A DNA stretch of 64,000 nucleotides from Cercozoa sp. M6MM (lineage: Eukaryota > Protista > Endomyxa: Ascetosporea), in NCBI GenBank assembly GCA_040357565.1, contig JBDODJ010000006.1, one strand, 5' to 3'. The notes under the pieces were generated by a model that was not told the DNA's origin, ran no database searches, and saw nothing but the letters and a program-made list of their open reading frames with translations. Every line of letters starts with the position of its first letter. Within the stretch, counting starts at the first letter, position 1. Below, one piece after another: positions 60,801-64,000 of this stretch. A program made the position numbers and the translations under genes.

Positions 60801-63800
60801 TGCAGCGACAGCCACACGCATCGCATCATGTCGGTCTGGAAGCCTCGTAGGTCGCGACGCTCGCTACTCAAAAGCAAAGAACTCAACTTCACTCAAGTCA
60901 ACTCAAAGCAAGAGCACCTTTCCAACTTGAGATTCGCGATGGTCTGCTGCAGAGCCTGATCACTGCGCACCTGGAAATCGAGGATCCAGCGGAACAAGCG
61001 AGCGCGGAAAGCGTCGTCGAGAGCGACGAGCACGAGCGAGTTCGGGTCCTCCGTGCTCTGTGCCTCCTGTGTGTTGCTACTCGGCAGACGCGACAGCGTG
61101 CGCGAACGCATGGCATGGGCCGCCGCACTAACCGTTGGTTCCGTGAGTGAAAGCGAGTGCGTGGGCGGCGACGTCGGTCGCTGCAACGTCTGCTGCTTCG
61201 TGGTTGGCTCCTCGGCGAGCGACGCCTTGCGCGGCAGCGACAGCTTTCGCTTCGACTTGTTCAGTCGCAGCTGGAAACGGCCCAACAGCGAGCGCGGCGA
61301 CGTCTTGTGCGTCGCTCCGGCCTCTGCGTCCGTGTGCACCCTGCCCAGTCAGAGGTTACATTGAGATCAACCCTTCCGCGCGGACACTGGTACCAGAAAC
61401 GCGCACGCGCCTCGTCATCCGACGCAGCGCGGCCGAGCTGCTTGCACAGGAAGGCGATGCACGTCAAGAAGTCCAACTGCACAGCAAACCAGCCCTGCTT
61501 GCCGATACGCACGCCGCCGAGTTCTTGCATGCACTGCGCCATCAGGTGTGCGTACGTCATCACCAGTGCTGTCCAGGTAGCCGGGATATACCGGGTGGGA
61601 ACAGAGGAGCGCGAAGGATGGAGAAGAATACCACGGCCGCCATGCAGCAGACCGTCGAAGAAGTGCGCCGAGCGAGTGAGCGATAGCATCACGCGCACCA
61701 CGGTGGGAAGCGCGCGCTTGCGGTGCCGCTTGCTGAGACGCTCGAAGGCGTCCCAAAGTGCTGCCACTGTATCGCTTAGCGTGTGCCAGTGCACCTGCAG
61801 CGAAGGGGGATCAAGTCAGTAGTACAAGGGTAGGTGCAGGCATAAGGGCAGAGGTGGAAAGGTAGGTACCTGCATGAGTGCCACAATGACGCCGTCCTGC
61901 GCCAGGAGGTCACTGTCGCCGCGGGAAATCTCGTTGCTGCACAGCGAACGCACCACGCGACGTGCCAGCTGGCGCACGTCCTCCAGCGAGTGTGTGCAGC
62001 GTTGCGCTCCACGTGCCAGTCTACCCAACAGAGAACACAACTATTTTTAGTAGATACATACGGGGGAGGGGGGTAGTTACGCAAGTGAGTAGCGCGAGTC
62101 AAGGCTGCTGCCAGAGGTGTCATCACTTGTCTCATTGTCATTGTGGTTGACAGTATTCTCAATGACAGCGCCACCGCCACCTGTACTGGAAGGAGACACG
62201 TGCGACGTTGCCACACCACTGCAGGCAAAGAAAAGCGCCGTCAAGTTTCGCCAGGTCTGCACACGAGGTATGTGAGTAGTGATGTGCAATATGTAGACAG
62301 GGAACAAGGTAAGCCTACCGTACTGCCGGCGCGATCGACCTCTCGCTCGCGCGAGTCCTCGTCGCTGCCGCTGTTGGCGGTCAGTACGACCGAGCCGCCC
62401 ATCCAGCGCGAGCGATCCAGCAGGCACCCGGAAGGTATGCCACTGTGCTGCTGTACATGTCCGTGACTGCCATCGACGGTATCGCCAGTACCACCACCGC
62501 CGGTATCCGTGGCAACACCTGCCTGTGAGCGGCCCTGTCTGCCCGGACTGCCGGCAGTCCCGTCGTTGCCGCTCACGCTGAAACTCAAGTCGCGTATCGG
62601 CCTCGCTGGTGCCGACTCGAACTGCATCGTGCCCAGCAGGTACAGACGTACCTACGTACACACCAGTCATACGCTGTCCTAACATCAAGACCATTAGTAC
62701 AGCCTCAAACGTACCTGCGACAGCATGCGGTGGGCACCCGTGTCGACCAGGCAGCGTGCAATAGCACTCGACACAAATGGCACGAAACTCGACGCGTCCG
62801 GACGCTCCAGCGTCAGCGCGTCGTGCACCGTCGTGCATCCGCGCGGAAGAGCACGCGCGGCGTCGTCCAGATTGCCCGGACTGAACTCGCGCAGCATCAG
62901 CGCCGCGTCCCGCATGATTGCGTCACCCTGCTCCAACAACGATGACGAGGTATCAGGGAACTAACAAAAAGGGGAGTCACCTTGTCACGCAGCATGCTGC
63001 TGAGACTATGGCGCAGCTCGTCGAGAGCCTCGTCGAGGAAGGTAAGCTCACGCTGCTTGAGCGAGTCGCCACTGCCAGCAGTGCTGCCGCCATCCTTGCG
63101 CATGCTGTTCATGACAGCCTGCACTGAGGCATGTCTTGCACGCAGGCGACGTCTACATCGTAGGTACATAGTACACACAGGAAGGAATGACAGACAGACA
63201 GAGGGGTACCTAGCCAGTACGATCATGGCATCGACCTGCGCAGCCAGCGCCAGAGCGGCCTGTCGCACGGCTGCCGACCGGTGTGCCATGAAAGCGAGTG
63301 CAACGGCATCAACACGTGAGACCCAGCCAACCAGCATCTCCACTCTGTTTAAGGGTAAGGGATAACAAGAGGATAAGGGGGACAAGAGAGGGAGGGAACT
63401 ACCTCGCAGCATCGGCCACAAAGCTCTTGGGTGCAGGTGCCGTACTGCGTCGCTCCAGCGCGTGCCAGATACTCACGAGATCGGCCATGTGGAGCAGCAG
63501 CGTGGCGCACGACTCGTCGTGCCGAGCCAGCGACTGGTCCATCAGCAGGCACGCAAAGCACTCAAGTAAGGCGATGCGCCGGTCGGCAGTGGCACGAACC
63601 ATCAGCAGCTGCAGTCGGTGGTGCGCCGTGTGGGCCACTCTGAAGACAAGGGTGGTTAAAAGTATGGAGCCTAAGTCCATAGCGCGGAGGAGTTACCTAG
63701 CGTCGGCATGCACGACGTACTTGCCAATGAAGCCGCCGGTGCGCGAGCAGTTCTTGCGCGTGGCCTCCAGCAGCGAAGGCGGCAGCAGCGTCGGCATCAC

Positions 63801-64000
63801 GCGTAGTGCCGAGATCAGCGTGTCCAGGTGCAGACGCTCCTGCGCGTCCTCGCCGCCGAGTTCCGTGTCGACGTGATCGCCGCTGCTGCCGCCGCTGACG
63901 ACGTTCTTGACGTTACCCAGCGGCGCCATGAAAGCAAACGTAGTTCCTGTCGACACCACATCCACCGGTCGCAACTCCTTGGCCGGGTCTACGAACTCCA
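56143..64000 (-). CDS. FRY: Furry/Tao3/Mor2-like HEAT-repeat morphogenesis protein, 5' end beyond the window
   Basis: About 8 kb of spliced helical-repeat ORFs; LISALRVMPTLLP..YVVHAD; WTALVM; CMRPWARNL; IWRQL..HNL; WEGLQ; these segments resemble Furry. Confidence 0.65.
57681..57849 (-). repeat. (TG)n microsatellite in a Furry-like intron ((CA)n on +), with a 10-N gap
   Basis: Direct reading. Confidence 0.97.
60511..60537 (-). repeat. Short (TG)n microsatellite in a Furry-like intron
   Basis: Direct reading. Confidence 0.9.

Noticed and set aside
1-64000. Alternative genetic code or stop-codon readthrough
   Set aside because: In the genes I spliced, apparent in-frame stops fall in introns, and TAA, TAG and TGA all serve as terminators
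1-64000. Transposons, introner-type repeated introns, CRISPR arrays, rRNA or tRNA genes
   Set aside because: No transposase, RT or integrase motifs, terminal repeats, near-identical introns, repeat-spacer arrays or structural RNA signatures seen by eye

Overview
Eukaryotic, not prokaryotic. This is a compact, gene-dense protist-type genome segment with about 26 protein-coding genes in 64 kb, split by many short canonical GT-AG introns (mostly about 50-90 nt), so the six-frame ORF track shows only exon fragments. The standard genetic code appears to be used. Genes I rebuilt by manual splicing: stand-alone tryptophan synthase beta (TrpB), kinesin-9 KIF6, AlaX/AARSD1 editing protein, ribophorin II, ATAD5/Elg1, CCDC130/YJU2B, CFAP100, a RING-less MUL1/SP1-like GIDE protein, PP1 inhibitor-2, DUF4149-like and DUF5690-like membrane proteins, a PH-domain protein, an N-acylated phosphagen (arginine) kinase, Tpt1, a TMEM170-like protein, a divergent USP, an ADAM+TSP1 metalloprotease, a Kazal/VWC inhibitor, a secreted beta-lactamase-family hydrolase and a Furry/Tao3-like protein running off the right end. 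KIF6, CFAP100 and the acylated kinase imply a flagellated stage. The lineage cannot be fixed from this window. No transposon, CRISPR array, rRNA or tRNA was recognised. The most interesting signals are: (1) strand-polarised intron repeats, with (UG)n or YUACC arrays always on the pre-mRNA strand near the 3' splice site; (2) a recurrent ACTGAA motif after stop codons, a candidate non-canonical 3'-end signal; (3) a secreted precursor with a 24/54 basic C-terminal peptide; (4) an arginine kinase missing its specificity loop; (5) several intron-containing genes from bacteria-rich families. All family calls come from motif recognition by eye, not database searches.
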